DNA from: Felis catus | Taxonomy: Eukaryota | Reading direction: 5' to 3' | Length of the DNA stretch: 64,000 nucleotides | Assembly (NCBI RefSeq): GCF_018350175.1 | Contig: NC_058377.1 | Coordinates: 110,050,001-110,114,000 of the forward strand | The notes under the pieces: generated by a model | Told to the model about the DNA's origin: nothing | The model's input: only the letters and a program-made list of their open reading frames with translations | Databases searched by the model: none | Shown here: positions 1 to 22,408 of the stretch, piece after piece | How positions within the stretch are numbered: the stretch's first letter is position 1 | How the letters are laid out: each line of letters begins with the position of its first letter | Made by a program: the position numbers and the translations under genes

Positions 1-1094
1 GGATGGGCACTGTTGGTCCCCTTTGGCACGCACCCATTCATCCTGCAACATTTATTGTGCACGTACATCTGTGCACACCATTCTGGGGGTGGGGATGTAT
101 CAGTGAACACACAGTCTGGGCTCTCGGGGAGCACACCTTCCAAGAGAAGGCTCGAGGCTCCGAATTTGGCACTGGTTAGCTCTGATTCAAGCCCAGGTCT
201 CGGGCCCAGACCTGCCCTCCGGGGCCACAGCACGCGGTCTCCCCATGACTGTAGTCCAAGCCTCACTGGCATCCTGGGGTGGGACAGGGCAGATGCCAGG
301 CCCCCACAGAGCCCAAAGGAACCTCACAAGGTAGCCCCGCCTGTCCCCCGGAGGACAGGCCCACCTGTGTCCCCCACTGTGTTCACACTGAGCCTCTGAG
401 CAGCCTCCTGTGGGAGTCAGCCAGACTCAGAGAGGGGCAGGGGTGTAAAATTTCACCCAAAGAAAGCATTTCCATGACTCAGAACGTCTGTAAAAAGGGC
501 ACCGGTTTTTTCCCCTGCCAATGCCTAGCACAGGGTTGGGCACACAGTAGGTCCTCAAGACCTACTTCGATGGCAGTGGACCAGATCCATCTACGTATTT
601 AGGCCTCAGCAGAACTCTGTGATGGCAGGTTACGGACAAGCAGAGAGAAATGAGCAGCTCGAGAGAGATCGCTCGGCTCGATTGTTCATTTCTTCTTCGG
701 TCAACATTTGTTGAGAAGCTATGGCGTGCCACTGTTTTATGCACCAGGACTGCCTTGATGAACAAACAGACCAAAACCTCTGGTCCTGTGAACCAAGCTA
801 GGGCGGACCTTGGCGTGGGATGGGGGGCAGTGGTCCAGCCAGCAGCGCGTCGCTTTCTACCCACCCCTCCCTCCCCGGGGGCACTGCACCTCCGGTTTAC
901 AAAGCACTCCCACCTGCCTGCTCCTGGGGACAGGCCTTCATCCCCTAATCCGACTCCATCCTCTCCTGGTTCCTAGGACAGTGTCTGCCCCAAACATCAC
1001 CCACGGTCAGGAGCGTGGCGGGCTTGTACCCTTGGGTGACTTAATGTGTCCTTTGCCCACTCTGCCCAAGACCCACCACTTCTGCCCCTCTCAG

Positions 1095-4000
1095 CTCTCT
1101 CTGGATCCACTGGGTCCCGCGTGGGACTGCCCGCTGGCCTCCAAGGACCTGGAGGAAGAGGAGGGCCCATGGGGAGGAGGCGCTGGCCTGCCACCCCCAG
1201 GCTGCTTCTCTGGCTCCTGGCGCCATGACGTGGGCCTGGACTGCAAGGGCTCCCTCGAGGAAGCGGAGGCCCGGGCGTGGACCGTCTACCACTATAGCCT
1301 CCTCCAGAGCTGTCTGCAGCAAGCTGGCCTGCCGGAGACCCAGGACCGCAGCCAGGTGCCCCGCACAGGTATCCGAGGGCTCCGTGGAGGGGTGTATCCC
1401 TGGGAGGGGGAGGGAGGCACCCTCAGCCCGGCCTGCTTCCCATCCCTGTCAAGGTCAGCCCCTTCCCCCAGGCTCTGTCTAGATCTGAAGCCAGGGAAGC
1501 AAGGCCAGTAAACTTTGGGCAGGTAAGTATTGTTTCAAAGGGCATCTGGCACCAGTAAAGCAGAGATCCGGACTTCCCTCGTATTCCGGAAGACCCAGCC
1601 GTGGGATTTGCAATCCATGTTCTGTGGAGCGAAACCTTCTATAGAAGTGCCTTGGGAGCTGCTAACAGTTGGGACTCAAGACTCCTCCCCTGCTTTATCT
1701 GTTTAATATACTAGATGGCCACAAAGGTTTCGTGTGGACAGAGGGGTTCACAGGTAGAAGACATGAAAATCACAGACTGGGCTCTCCTGGGGATCACACA
1801 CTGGGAAACTGAGACATGGGGGCCCTGGGTCACAGAGAAAGTCAGTGTCAGAGCTCAGGCTAGAACCCAGGTCTCCGGTCACCCAGCCTCCAGTATCTTC
1901 CAGGCCAGCTGCAGAGAGAAGGGAGCCACCCTCATGGGGTGGGATGGGCAGGCAGCGCCCCTTCTCTCTCCAGTCTCTTCTCTGTCCTCTCTACTCTTCT
2001 CATCCCACTCTGGGAAGGACTTGGGGACCTAAGAAGAGGGCAGGGCTATGGAACAGGGAAGGGTAGGCAGAAAGATATCGGGGGGAGCCCCTGTTGAGCT
2101 TGGCCACGTTCTTTCCCCTCCCGAGGCTGCCCTGGTGCGGAGGTGACCTTATGCATTCTGGGATCCCCCAGCACCTTTCTGTCCGTGCTGCTGGAAGGAG
2201 GGGTCCAGAGCCCGGGTGAGTGTGTGCCCAAGTTCCCCCACCCCCTCCTGCAGAAAGGGCAGCCCTGCCCTGGCCCGGCCACATCCCAAAATACCCACTG
2301 ACCCTGGCAACTGCCTGCATTCCACTGGGCCAGCTGCCACGCTCTGAGTGGGGGTGGGTTCTGGGAGCAGCTGCCCCCTACTACCCGGGGTCCCCGGGCT
2401 GGAGGTGGAGGGCTTGGGGGCATTAAGCCTTCCCTGGCCAGCAGCCGTCCTCCTTCTGCCCGCAGGAAACATGCTCCTTTGCCTGTCCCCTGCTTGGCTG
2501 ATGAAGGTGCCAGCACCTGGGCAGCCGGGCGAGTCGGCCCTGCTGGTCTCCAAGGCCGTGAGCTTCTACCCGGGGGGCTTGACATTCCTGGATGACTTTG
2601 TCCCCCCACGCCGAGCCACCTACTTCCTGGCGGGCCTGGGGCTGGGACCTGGCCGGGGTCGAGAGGCGGCTGAACTTGCCCGTGACCTGACCTGCCCCAC
2701 AGGAGCCTCAGCTGAGCTGGCCCGGCTGCTGGAAGACAGGCTGCTGACCAGGAGATTGCTGGCTCAGCAGGGTGGCGTGGCTGTGCCAGCTACCCTGGCT
2801 TTCACCTACAAGCCACCAGCACTGCTGCGGGTAGGGGATGCCAGCCCAGGACTGCGGCTGGTGGAGCTGAGTGGCAAAGAGGGCCAGGAGACACTGGTGA
2901 AGGAGGAAGTAGAGGCCTTTCTGCACTCCGAGGCCTTGGGTGATGCCCTGCAGGTAACAGGTTCCTGCCCCCGAGGTCTGTGCAGATGCCAGCGGGATGG
3001 GACCCACGGATGGTGACCAAGTCCTGCTGGGAAGCTGTCCCCAACTTGGGGTCCTGCTGCTGGCCTATCTCTGTGGCGACCCCTTGCCTTCTTACTTCAG
3101 TTTACACATTGGATCCTCCGTGTGAGCATCCCACCCCATACGTACGTGGGGTGGTAAGGAGGCCCCCCTCCCCTCCCTGTTGCAGGTGGCCGTGAAGCTC
3201 AGTGGCTGGCGCTGGCGGGGGCGGCAGGCACTGCGTCTGTACTCGCGAAAGGAGCTGGGCACAGTGGTCGACATGGTGCTGGCATTGCTGGAGAAACTGG
3301 AGGAGGAGGAGAGTGTCCTGGTGGAGGCTGTGTGCCCACCTGCCCGGCTGCCCTTCCCAGGTGAGAGCCACCTGGGCCAGCCAGGAGTGGGTGCCGGCTC
3401 AGCCTCCTGGCTGCTCTGTGCTGGGCTCAGGCTTCATGTCTTTCCCCAGGCAGTCCCCCACCTGGCCCTGAGCTGGCTGTGCGGATCTGTGCTGTGGTAT
3501 GTCGGACACAGGGTGACAGGCCCTTGCTGAGCAAGGTGAGTGTGGCCCAGGTTCAGGTCCTGACCCTGCTGCCACAGCCCAGGCCAGCCCAACCCAGCCC
3601 AGCTCCAATGAGCTGCTGAGGGCCCCTGGGTAGAGAGAGGACAAAATCTTTGGGGGGAACCTTGATGGTGTCCAGAGGACTCCTGGGTCTGAAGCTTTTT
3701 CCCTCCCTTTCCTGCACCCTTCCTGCACCCTTCCTCCATCAGGAGCTCTGATACTCCATACTAGGCACCAGGGTCCAGGGCTGAATCCTATTCCCAAGGA
3801 GCTCTTGCCCACAGAAGGGGCTGACGGAGGGTCCCTGAACCTCCAGTGTCCAGGGCCCTTTAGGAGGGGGCCTCCAAGCTGGGGAACTTAGGGCAGTTTG
3901 AGGACCCTCCGGGGAGCGTAGCTCTGAGCCAAGCGGGGTGGCACGGGCCCCCAGGGCTCACAGCAGCAAGTAGGCTTGGAGCCTTCAGGGAACAGAGACC

Positions 4001-7000
4001 CTAGCTGGGCCCGGAAGCCTGGGTAGACGCCCCTCAGGGTGTAAAGGACCAGTTGGGCAGTGGCAGGGGAAAGTGGCTTGTGCAGCGTAAGTCACAAAGG
4101 AGGACTGGGCTACTTGAATGCGTGGTGAGAGGTCTGGCCTGGATCTCCGGGCACCGGGGTAGGAGTGCAGGGGCGGGGGGGGGGGGGGCAGTGTCAGTCC
4201 TGGGAGGGCTGCTCTCGGACCGACACCCTCAGCCACACCCTGCCCAGGTGGTGTGCAGTGTGGGCCGTGAGGACCGGCCTCTGCGGCACCGGAGCTCCTT
4301 GCCACAGACGCTGGAGGTGGCACTGGCCCGGTGCGGCCTGGGTGAGGCGACGCAGGTGGCGGTCGTGCGGCGGCGCGTCAAGGCAGCGGCCGAGGCCGCG
4401 CTGGCCGCCGTGCTGGCCCTGGAGGCCGGCCTGAGCGCTGAGCAGCGCGGCGGGCGCCGGGCCCGCACTGACTTCCTCGGTGAGCGCGGGCGGCCCGGGC
4501 CGGGGGCGGGGGTCGAGGCCGGAGGGCAGGCGGCGCTGAGCCCGCGTCCTCCCGCCCCGGCCCAGGCGTAGACTTCGCGCTGACTGTGGCAGACCGCGCG
4601 CTGACCCCCGTAGCCCTGGAGCTGAACGGCGGCCTGTGTCTGGAGGCGTGCGGTGCGCTCGAGGGGCTGTGGGCCGCGCAGCGCTCGCAGCCGGCGGCCC
4701 GGGAGGCCGCGGCCGCGCCGCTCGTGGAGACCATGCTGCGACGCTCGGCGCACTGCCTCATGGAGGGCAAGCAGCTGCTGCTGATCGGCGCGGGCGGCGT
4801 CAGCAAGAAGTTCGTGTGGGAGGCGGCGCGCGACTACGGGCTCAAGGTGGGCGGGGCCGGGCCTGACCCCCCCGGGCCTCAGTGGAGGTGGAGGCGGTGC
4901 CCTGGGCGCGGGGGCGGGGCCAGCACCGCTAGGGGCGGAGCCTGAGCCGGGCGGGTCCGCTGGGGGCTTTAGAGCCCAGGAGTAGGGGTGGGGCCCACCG
5001 CCCCGCCCAAGATTAGAAGGCTAAACTTTTCGGCCTCTGGCCACGTTCTGCTCCAGCCGGGTGTAAGAGGTCCCCCGGGAGGGCATAGAGCCCTTCGGGG
5101 CAAAAAGAAACCAGCGTTGAAGGGCTGGAGAGGGTCATTCAGTGTTAGTATCAGAACCGGGACCCCGAATGCCAGGCTGAGGAGCCCGGCCCTACGCTGC
5201 GGGAAGGGCAGACCCTTCGAGGTTGGATTCCCGAGGGCGTGAGGAGAGTGCTGGGGAGCAGCTTACACATCGCGAATCAGATTCAGAGCAGTGGCCTCAC
5301 ATCACAGAATCCGGGGCCATGCAGGCGGCGCAGACATTCTTATCTGCACTGAACAGATAAAACAGAGGCCAAATGTCTAGGTTCTTTGTGGCCCTAATCT
5401 ACCACAGTGGCCTCCTCTTCCCTCTTCCGCAGTACAACGCGCCCTAGGAAATTCTCCCCCCGGCCATTCCCACGTCTTTTCACTCCCTGCCTTGCACACG
5501 GCGTTCTCCACTTGGAATGTCCACTCCTCCCGCCGCCTAGTGTTACTGTGCAGACAGCCACCCTCCCCTCTCTTCAGGAGCTGTCTCTGCCCTGGTTACC
5601 CGCTGCTTTGTGTCTGTGTTCCCCCAGCGGGCAGTGAGATTTGGGGCACAGGGCCCCACTGGATTCCTTTGTGGGCACCCCCTGAGGGTCAGAACTCTTT
5701 GGGTGAATGATGGCCAAGAACATGATGCCCAAAGCCACCAGACCACCTGTCCCAAACCCTAACCCTGGTGGTTCCCCTACAAGCTCTGGTCAGAGTGAGA
5801 ATGAGCCCAGCAGCCCTCTCTCTCTCTCTCTCTCTCTCTCTTTGCTCCAGCCCCTGCCCACTCAGATCACACCCTTTCCCTCCTGCCATCTTTCCTCTGG
5901 CTGATTCTTACTCAGCTCCCGACCGAAGTATTGCCTCCTTTGAGATGCCTTCCTTCCCCTTCAGGCTGGGTTAAGTGTGTTATCTCTGCACCTTCCGTTT
6001 AGTCAGTCATCAACAGATGTTTTTTTGAGCACTTAGAACCGGTGATTCCGTCGCCTCTGAGGGCCAGAACCACGTTCGTGGCCCCATCCTATCTCCCCAG
6101 CGTCCGGCAGAGGCTGACCTGGGTGTGTTGCCCTCTGGTGGTTTCTGCAGCTGCACCTAGTGGAGTCGGATCCCAACCACTTTGCCTCCCAACTGGTGCA
6201 GACTTTCATCCACTTTGATGTGACAGAGCACCGGAGGGACGAAGAGAACGCGCGGCTGCTGGCGGAACTGGTGCGGGCACGTGGCCTGCAGCTCGATGGC
6301 TGCTTCTCTTACTGGGACGACTGCCTAGTACTCACGGCCTTGCTCTGCCAGGAGCTGGGTCTGCCCTGCAGCCCCCCGGCTGCCATGCGCCTGGCCAAGC
6401 AGAAGAGCTGCACCCAGCTGCACCTGTTGCGCTGCCATGGCCCGCCCTGGCCCGCGCCCTCCCTCCATGCCGTGCCCTGCTGCCCGCTGGAGAGTGAGGC
6501 CGATGTGGAGAGGGCCGTCCGCCAGGTGCCCCTGCCGGGTGTCATGAAGCTGGAGTTTGGGGCAGGCGCAGTGGGCGTGCGGCTGGTGGAGGACGCACCG
6601 CAGTGCCACGAACACTTTTCCCGGATCACCCGCGACCTGCAGGGTGAGGCCGACCACCCCGGCATCGGGCTGGGCTGGGGGAATGCCATGCTGCTGATGG
6701 AGTTCATTGAGGGCACCGAGCACGACGTGGATCTGGTGGTCTACGGTGGGCGACTGTTGGCCGCCTTCGTCTCCGACAATGGCCCCACGAGGCTGCCTGG
6801 CTTCACTGAGACGGCGGCCTGCATGCCCACTGGGCTGGCACCGGAGCAGGAGGCACAGCTGGTGCAGGCAGCCTTCCGCTGTTGCCTGGGCTGCGGGCTG
6901 CTGGATGGGGTCTTCAACGTGGAGCTCAAGCTCACCAGGGCCGGGCCGAAACTCATCGAGATCAACCCTCGGATGGGTGGCTTCTACCTGAGAGACTGGA

Positions 7001-7377
7001 TCCTGGAGCTCTATGGTGTGGACCTGCTGTTGGCTGCAGCTATGGTGGCCTGTGGCCTGCGGCCTGCCTTGCCCAGCCACCCACGCGCCCGTGGCCACCT
7101 GGTGGGCGTCATGTGCCTGGCTTCCCAGCACCTTCAGGCTCTGAGTTCCACCGCCAGCCGTGAGACCCTGCAGGCTCTTCATGACCAAGGCCTGCTGCGC
7201 TTCAACTTGCTGGAGGAGGTCCTGGTGCCTGGTGAATACGAGGAGCCCTACTGCAGTGTGGCTTGTGCTGGGCCCAGCCTGGCTGAGGCTCGTCTCCGCC
7301 TGCTGGGCCTCTGCCAGGGTCTGGGCATCGATGGGCCCCACTACCCTGTTGCCCACTTCCTGTCCCACTTCAAATAG
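1095..7377 (+). CDS. CARNS1: Carnosine synthase 1 (ATP-grasp domain protein ATPGD1); initiating ATG probably in an exon upstream of the window
   Basis: Coding exons 1095-1368, 2126-2215, 2466-2953, 3186-3360, 3450-3535, 4248-4479, 4566-4846, 6151-7377, all AG/GT bounded with consistent phases. 951 aa including an upstream ATG; 827 aa from the ATG at 2471. Peptides LSLDP..WDCP, MLLCLSPAW, IEINPRMGG (ATP-grasp) and C-terminal VAHFLSHFK match CARNS1. Confidence 0.96.
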
Positions 7378-7594
7378 TGCCTCTCTTCCTATAGCCCTGC
7401 CCCAATTCTGGCCTGGCTCACTCGGAGGCCTCAGGTCTGTTCCAGAGTGGCAGGGCCATTTGACATTAAGGCATCCTGGCTTGAGGGCCACAAAAGAAAG
7501 TATCTTGGGGGGGCCGCTGGCCCCTTTTGCTGTTAGTTCAGCCCAAAGGCCCCAATCCTGTCCCAAGACTCTAGCCGTGGAGAAGCAACAGCAG

Positions 7595-7597
<3 letters not shown>

Positions 7598-7632
<35 letters not shown>
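7598..7632. repeat. (CA)n microsatellite in the CARNS1 3'UTR
   Basis: Direct inspection. Confidence 0.95.
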
Positions 7633-8313
7633 CTGCCCCAGGGAGGTGAGAGAGGCCCAAACTTAGCCCATCCTTGTCATCCCTCCAGGTCTGCCTCTCT
7701 TCCTGCAGCCTACAGGAAGACAGACGCTGGCTGGCCCCTGGCCTTGGACAAATCCTATGAAAACCTGAGACTAAACCCTGTCCTCTTCCTCTCACCCCTC
7801 ATTTAGCAAATTCCAGGATCTCTCTAGAGCCTGCTGACAACTTTCGGCAGTGCCCGGCCTGCCTCATTTGGCCTGAGCGGTAGAAGCAGGTGGCCTGGGG
7901 TCAGCAGTAACCATCTCCTCTCCAGGCAGACACTACTGCCCCATTCTACAGATGAGGAAACAGGCCCAGGGAGGAACAACCATTGCCTCAAGGTCATACC
8001 ACAGTAGCTAGAGGATCAAGGGACGAGATACAAGATTCAGGTTCCCACTTCTACTAAGCCTCATGTGCCCACTCAGCTTCTAAACCCCACTCACCTCCCC
8101 GCCCTCACTCGTATGTGGCCTTAAGACAAGTGAACGCCTTCTCCCATGCAGCATGCACCTTCTCCACCAAGCTTTGGTGCTTTGGCCTCTGGCATAACTA
8201 GCATTGGCAGAGGAGAGGCTACACTCGCTTCCTAATTCAGGGGAGGCTGTTTTAATAACTCTGCCTCTGCACAGCACAGGAGCTGTGGCCAGCTCCACAA
8301 GCATCCCTCTCCA

Positions 8314-8319
8314 AATAAA
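8314..8319 (+). terminator. Probable CARNS1 polyadenylation signal AATAAA
   Basis: AATAAA about 940 nt after the stop codon, followed by GT/T-rich sequence. Confidence 0.6.
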
Positions 8320-9339
8320 GGCTTCTAGACTAATGAAGTATCTGGTATCTGGTTCTTGTGACTTGGACAACACCTCTCGGGTTCAGCTAGATGGGAGGTG
8401 GGGAAGGGAGGAGGGAGAGGTGGCTACGGGATACATCTGGAGCGAAGGATAAAACACCACACGGGCCGGGCCTCTGGGTTGACCATGAGCGGGGGCCTGC
8501 CATGGTCACCCACAACGGGACCCAAACATGAGAGTCTGTGGAGGGTGGGATTTCAACAGAGGGCCACATCCAACCAGATAAAACCTCCTCCAGCCTGGAG
8601 ACTCCTGAGTTCTGTCCGTCTGAGTTCATATTTCACCTCCCCATCCACCTGGAATGCACATTCGGACAGCCTCCAGCAATCAAGGACCTGGTGTGGCCCA
8701 AATTCACGTCCCACCCCCCCATCCCCCCGCCCAGAACCCCAACAAGAATCCATGCCCAAATCTAAAGTCACAGACCCGGTTTGGTGTATTCATTCATTCA
8801 TTCATTCATTCATTCTTTTAACCAAGTTTTATTAAGCACCTATTTTGTACCAGTAGTAAAATTAAGAAATGTACTTAAACTGGCTCGGGAGCAAACTTCA
8901 ACACAAGCTCGTATTTACGGGTGGATCAATGAGACCCAAATCCTTTCTGGCAGGAAGCTGGCAAAAAATGCCCAGCCTGACCTGGGCGTGGAGCCGTCGT
9001 CACCCAGTATATGCTTTGACTTGCAGGGTCCTCGAGTCAGGTGGCACGTTAAGGAGACTGAGATGCAGCTACCTCTCTTTCAGGACCGAACAGAGAGACG
9101 CGACCTGCCTTTCGCCACCCAGCCAGCACCCAGCCACCCAGCCACGCAGCCAGCGCACGGCTTGAACGGGGCTGGGAGTTAAGTTTACAGCCATACCTGC
9201 CTGTGCCTCTGTCCCAGGCACACTCAAACTCTCCCCAGAACCAAGATGAGCGCCTTCCAGGTAGCCCTTGTCCGGTGCCGCCCCGGGAGAACAGTGCTGG
9301 CAAGACTGAGAAGGTCCCGCCCAAGAGAGTTAAGCCGGT

Positions 9340-9550
9340 TCCCGAGAGGCCTTGCGCTGGGCGCCATCTTTTCTCCCCTCCTTGACTAAGCGGCCCTGGG
9401 CGAGGGAGGGGGAAGCCCCTACGTCATCGGCGCGCGCCGCCGCGGCCTCGGTCGCGGAGTGATGATGCACAGACTACCCTCCGCCCCCCCGGACTGTCAG
9501 TCAGAGCGCGGCCGAGCCAGGGCCGAGGGGCCCGCCGGGCCGGCGCCGCT
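9340..9550 (+). promoter_or_regulatory. RPS6KB2 CpG-island promoter/5'UTR
   Basis: CpG-dense; YY1-like GCCATCTT (~9363), CRE-like TACGTCA (~9420), GC box (~9481), Inr-like TCAGTC (~9497) just upstream of the ATG. Confidence 0.7.
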
Positions 9551-15024
<5,474 letters not shown>

Positions 15025-15242
15025 GAGGACGGATGGCTGTGAGGGCAGGTGGGACCCTGGGCCAGTTGCAGAGGCCTGGAGGTGTGCCCAAGAGTACAGG
15101 AGTGAGTGTGTGTGAGGGTGTGTCTCTGTTGGGGGTGGCTGTGCCCCTGGACCGTGCCCACAGAGGGCCACAGGCTGTGGCTGTCAGTGGAGTGGCCTGG
15201 CCGCCCAGCTGGCCTCCTGCAGTTGAGCTGTGCCCTTAGCGA

Positions 15243-15248
15243 ATTAAA
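15243..15248 (+). terminator. RPS6KB2 polyadenylation signal ATTAAA
   Basis: ATTAAA about 220 nt after the stop codon. Confidence 0.65.
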
Positions 15249-15387
15249 ATATTGAATCATGGCACTGACCTGGCTCTTGAACTTGGATTTCTGGGGGCAG
15301 GAGTGGGTGGGGTGGCGCCGGGAGGAGCCCCTGCTAAGAGATGGAAAGGGTCTCTACGGGACCACAGAGCCACAGGGCTGGAGGGCT

Positions 15388-15393
15388 TTTATT
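15388..15393 (-). terminator. PTPRCAP polyadenylation signal AATAAA
   Basis: tttatt on the + strand, about 220 nt beyond the PTPRCAP stop codon. Confidence 0.65.
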
Positions 15394-15609
15394 TCAGGTG
15401 GCTGCCCAATGCCCATAGGGATGGGTGGCCTTCCCGATGGGGACAGGGATGCACGGCTCTGGGGACCGAATGGGTGGGGGAGTGATAGTCTGAGACTCTC
15501 CATCTGGGGATGTGGGCGACAGTGGGTCCAGGGCAGGCTGTGTCCAAGCGGCCGTGGCGGCTTCGGGAAGCAGAGGCACGGCGACGGGGATGTGACACCA
15601 CGCGGGCTC

Positions 15610-17521
15610 CTACAGTGCGGTGACGTGGAGGCCCTGACCCTCGGGCGCTTCAGCGCTGTCATCCCAGGCCGCGCTGCCAGCAAAGGCGTGAAGGTCACTC
15701 AGCAGGGCCTCAGCGCTGCCCCCTGAGCCCGCCGGCCCCTGGGAGCTGAGGCCCAGGCCCCCGTCGGCGTTACTGTCACGTGCTTCCTCAGCGGGCTCTG
15801 CCGCCCGCCGTGGGCCGGGCCCCTCTCCGCATGGCTGGTCCTCGTCCCGGGACTGTGTCTCCCCCAGGCCTCCGACCAGGTGGTAGTCCTCTTCCTCGTC
15901 CTGCTCGTCCTGCTGCTGCTCTGGGTCCTCATCGGGTGACCCCAGCTCAACCCGGGCCCGGAGCCAGCGGCCTGGCGGGCTGGCCCAGAGCAGGCGGCGC
16001 GTGCGGCCCCACAGGGCGGCGCCCAGGCGGGCCGGGTGGTAGTAACCCCCCGAGTCGCGGCTGAGGCGGCGCCAGGCCAGCGCCAGGCCGGTGGCCAGCA
16101 GGAGCAGCAGCAGGAGCAGCAGCAGCACGACCGTGCCAGAGCTGGGGCCCTCGCCGTCCGAGGCGCCGCTGCCCGAGCACAGGACCCCCGGCAGGGCCAG
16201 CAGTGTCCCAAGCCCTAGGGCACGGGGCAGGTCCTGCGGGGAGACAGGCGGGGGCTCGTCACCGGGGCTGGGCGGGGAGCGGGGGGCAGTTGGTGCCTGG
16301 GTCCTCAATTGCCTCTTGGGCAAAATGGGGACAGTCAAGCAGAAAAACCCAAGTCCTTAGCAGGGCCCCGGTCCTTTGAGATCTGGCCACGGAGCCTCTG
16401 ACGCCCTGCCCTCGCCACCCCACCTGCGCCGTACGAGCCTGCGCCTGCCAGGGGACCGTGTGCTGCCTGGTCCCTCCGCCCAGATGCCCCATCCCCGAGA
16501 GCCACACGGCTGCCCGCTCGCCTTGGCTCAGACCATCTCCGTGAGGCCCGATCTGACCCGGAGTACTGCCCTGCCGCTGCCCCCCGCGCCTGGCCGAGCC
16601 TGGCTCTGTTTTCCTCTCCCTTGTGCTCCTCACACAGCCGGCAGGTGCTTGCCGTTTACCCCGTCTCTGCCCCAGCGGCGTAAGCAGCAGGGAGACAGGG
16701 ATCCTTACGGCTCCAGCACTGAATTCCCAGCACGCATAGCAGGTGCTCAGTTAATACTGGTTGAAAGTGTCCACATTGCCCGAGGGGTGGGGGTGGGGTG
16801 TTGAAGGAGAGAGGTGGCCTGCGAGGCTGGCTGTCGGGGCTGGCTCTTCCTGAGGCCTGGGATGGAGGGACCACCTCCAGGACAACTGTTTACCCTCCAC
16901 CCGGCCAGGCCTCAGGATGGGGGCCCCTGAAGCCCCTCTTCCCTCCCACACGTGGGACTGCCCCAGCTGCACCACTTCCGCTCAACTCCCCGTCCCCTGG
17001 GGGCCTTAGGTTCGCAGGGCCAGGGGCTGGGGGAGGCTGGTGCTGCTAACAGAGGAAGCCTGCGGTTGGAAAAAGGCAGATGGGGGAGGTGGCAGAGGGG
17101 GGAGGGGTGCCGAGGTTTCAAGCAAGCCTCCTCTTCGCGCGCCCCAGGCCCTCTCTCTGCCTGGGCTCCAGGGATGCAGGCAGGCTCTGCCCAGGTCCCA
17201 GGTCCCAGGTCCCAAGCAGAGCAGGTGAGAGAGAGGGTCTAGCAAAGGTTCTTGAAGGGGGGTCTAGGCCCGGAGTGGGGTGCTAGGGGCACACTCTGAA
17301 TCCCAGGGAGGCCCAGCTCAGCGGTGAGGGGACAGGAAGGCCCAGCTTCTGCCCCACGCTCGCCCGGGGTCTTCCCGCCTCTGCCCTTGACCGGCTGCTT
17401 CTGCCCGTGGGCCCCAATGGGGCGCGGGGGAGAAATCCTCCCTTAGCTCCCAGGGCCCAGACATTCCAGCCCCGACCTGTCGCCCCCACTGCAGGGCCCA
17501 GTGGGCTCCTGGGCTCACCAT
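15610..17521 (-). CDS. PTPRCAP: CD45-associated protein (LPAP), 208 aa
   Basis: Exon 1 contributes only the ATG (17519-17521, ATG|gtgag); exon 2 CDS is 16233-15610 after cccgcag. Signal peptide, poly-Leu TM, WRRLSRDSGGYYHPARL, acidic tract, C-terminal LLSDLHAFAGSAAWDDS..HVTAL. Confidence 0.95.
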
Positions 17522-17559
17522 CAGTCCGCCGGCCTCAGTGCTCAGGCGCCCACCGCCAG

Positions 17560-17660
17560 CTCTGACTGTGCTGAGTGGAAGTGAGCTCTGGCGCGCTCAG
17601 CTGCAGCTGGGGGTTACTCGACGCTTCCGCTTCCTGCCCACAACACCCCACCCAACACTC
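17560..17660 (-). promoter_or_regulatory. PTPRCAP TATA-less promoter with tandem ETS sites
   Basis: GGAAGCGGAAG on the minus strand (~17625-17635) and an ACTTCC start-like motif (~17582) upstream of the ATG exon. Confidence 0.5.
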
Positions 17661-18018
17661 CCTGCCATATCCCCTGGTGGGGGGCCTTGGGCCTCTCGGG
17701 ACCACCCTGACCCACACCAGAGCCTCATAGGTCTCTCGCCGGGTGACGCTTGGGCTCTGGGGCCTGTGACCAGGCCTCCGAAAGGAGGAATGGCACCAGC
17801 CCAAAGCAGGACGCCGTCCCGGGTGTCCACAGGTCTGCGACCTCAGTTTCTCTACTCGGCAGAATTCAGGGAAGCGCTGGCTGTGGGGGATGCTCATGGC
17901 CCCCAGGCCTCCCTCAGATCTGGGATCCCCGTGGGCCTCATTTGTCCCCAGCCTTCCAGACTTCCTTTCCCAGCCCCACCCTTTGCAGAATGGCAAACCT
18001 GGCTTTTAGAAAGAGAAT

Positions 18019-18024
18019 TTTATT
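18019..18024 (-). terminator. CORO1B polyadenylation signal AATAAA
   Basis: tttatt on the + strand, about 330 nt beyond the stop codon. Confidence 0.65.
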
Positions 18025-18353
18025 TGGAATGAAAATATAGAGCCTGTGCCTCCCGCTTACTCTGCGGAAGGAGCAGGGAACTGGGGGGGGGGGGGGGGGG
18101 GGGGGAGATGGTCCCTCAGAGAAGCTTGCCTTGGTACAAAAACCCTCCACGGTAACAATGACAAGAGCCAGGTGGTGGCTCTAGCCTGGGCCCACAGGAT
18201 GGGACAGGGTGTGGACTGCCCCCGAACCTGCCCGAGAGGCCCTGGGCAGGCGCAGGAGGCAGCCAGCTGGCGGTGGGACTTGCCAACAGAGGCTGGGTGA
18301 GAAGGGAGTGGAGGAGGAGGTGAGGGGGAGTGGCACCCCCTGGGCCTACGGTC

Positions 18354-22408
<4,055 letters not shown>

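Noticed and set aside
6325-7632. 435-aa antisense ORF over the last CARNS1 exon
   Set aside because: Mirror-frame artefact of GC-rich coding sequence; starts in a (CA)n repeat; no recognisable domain
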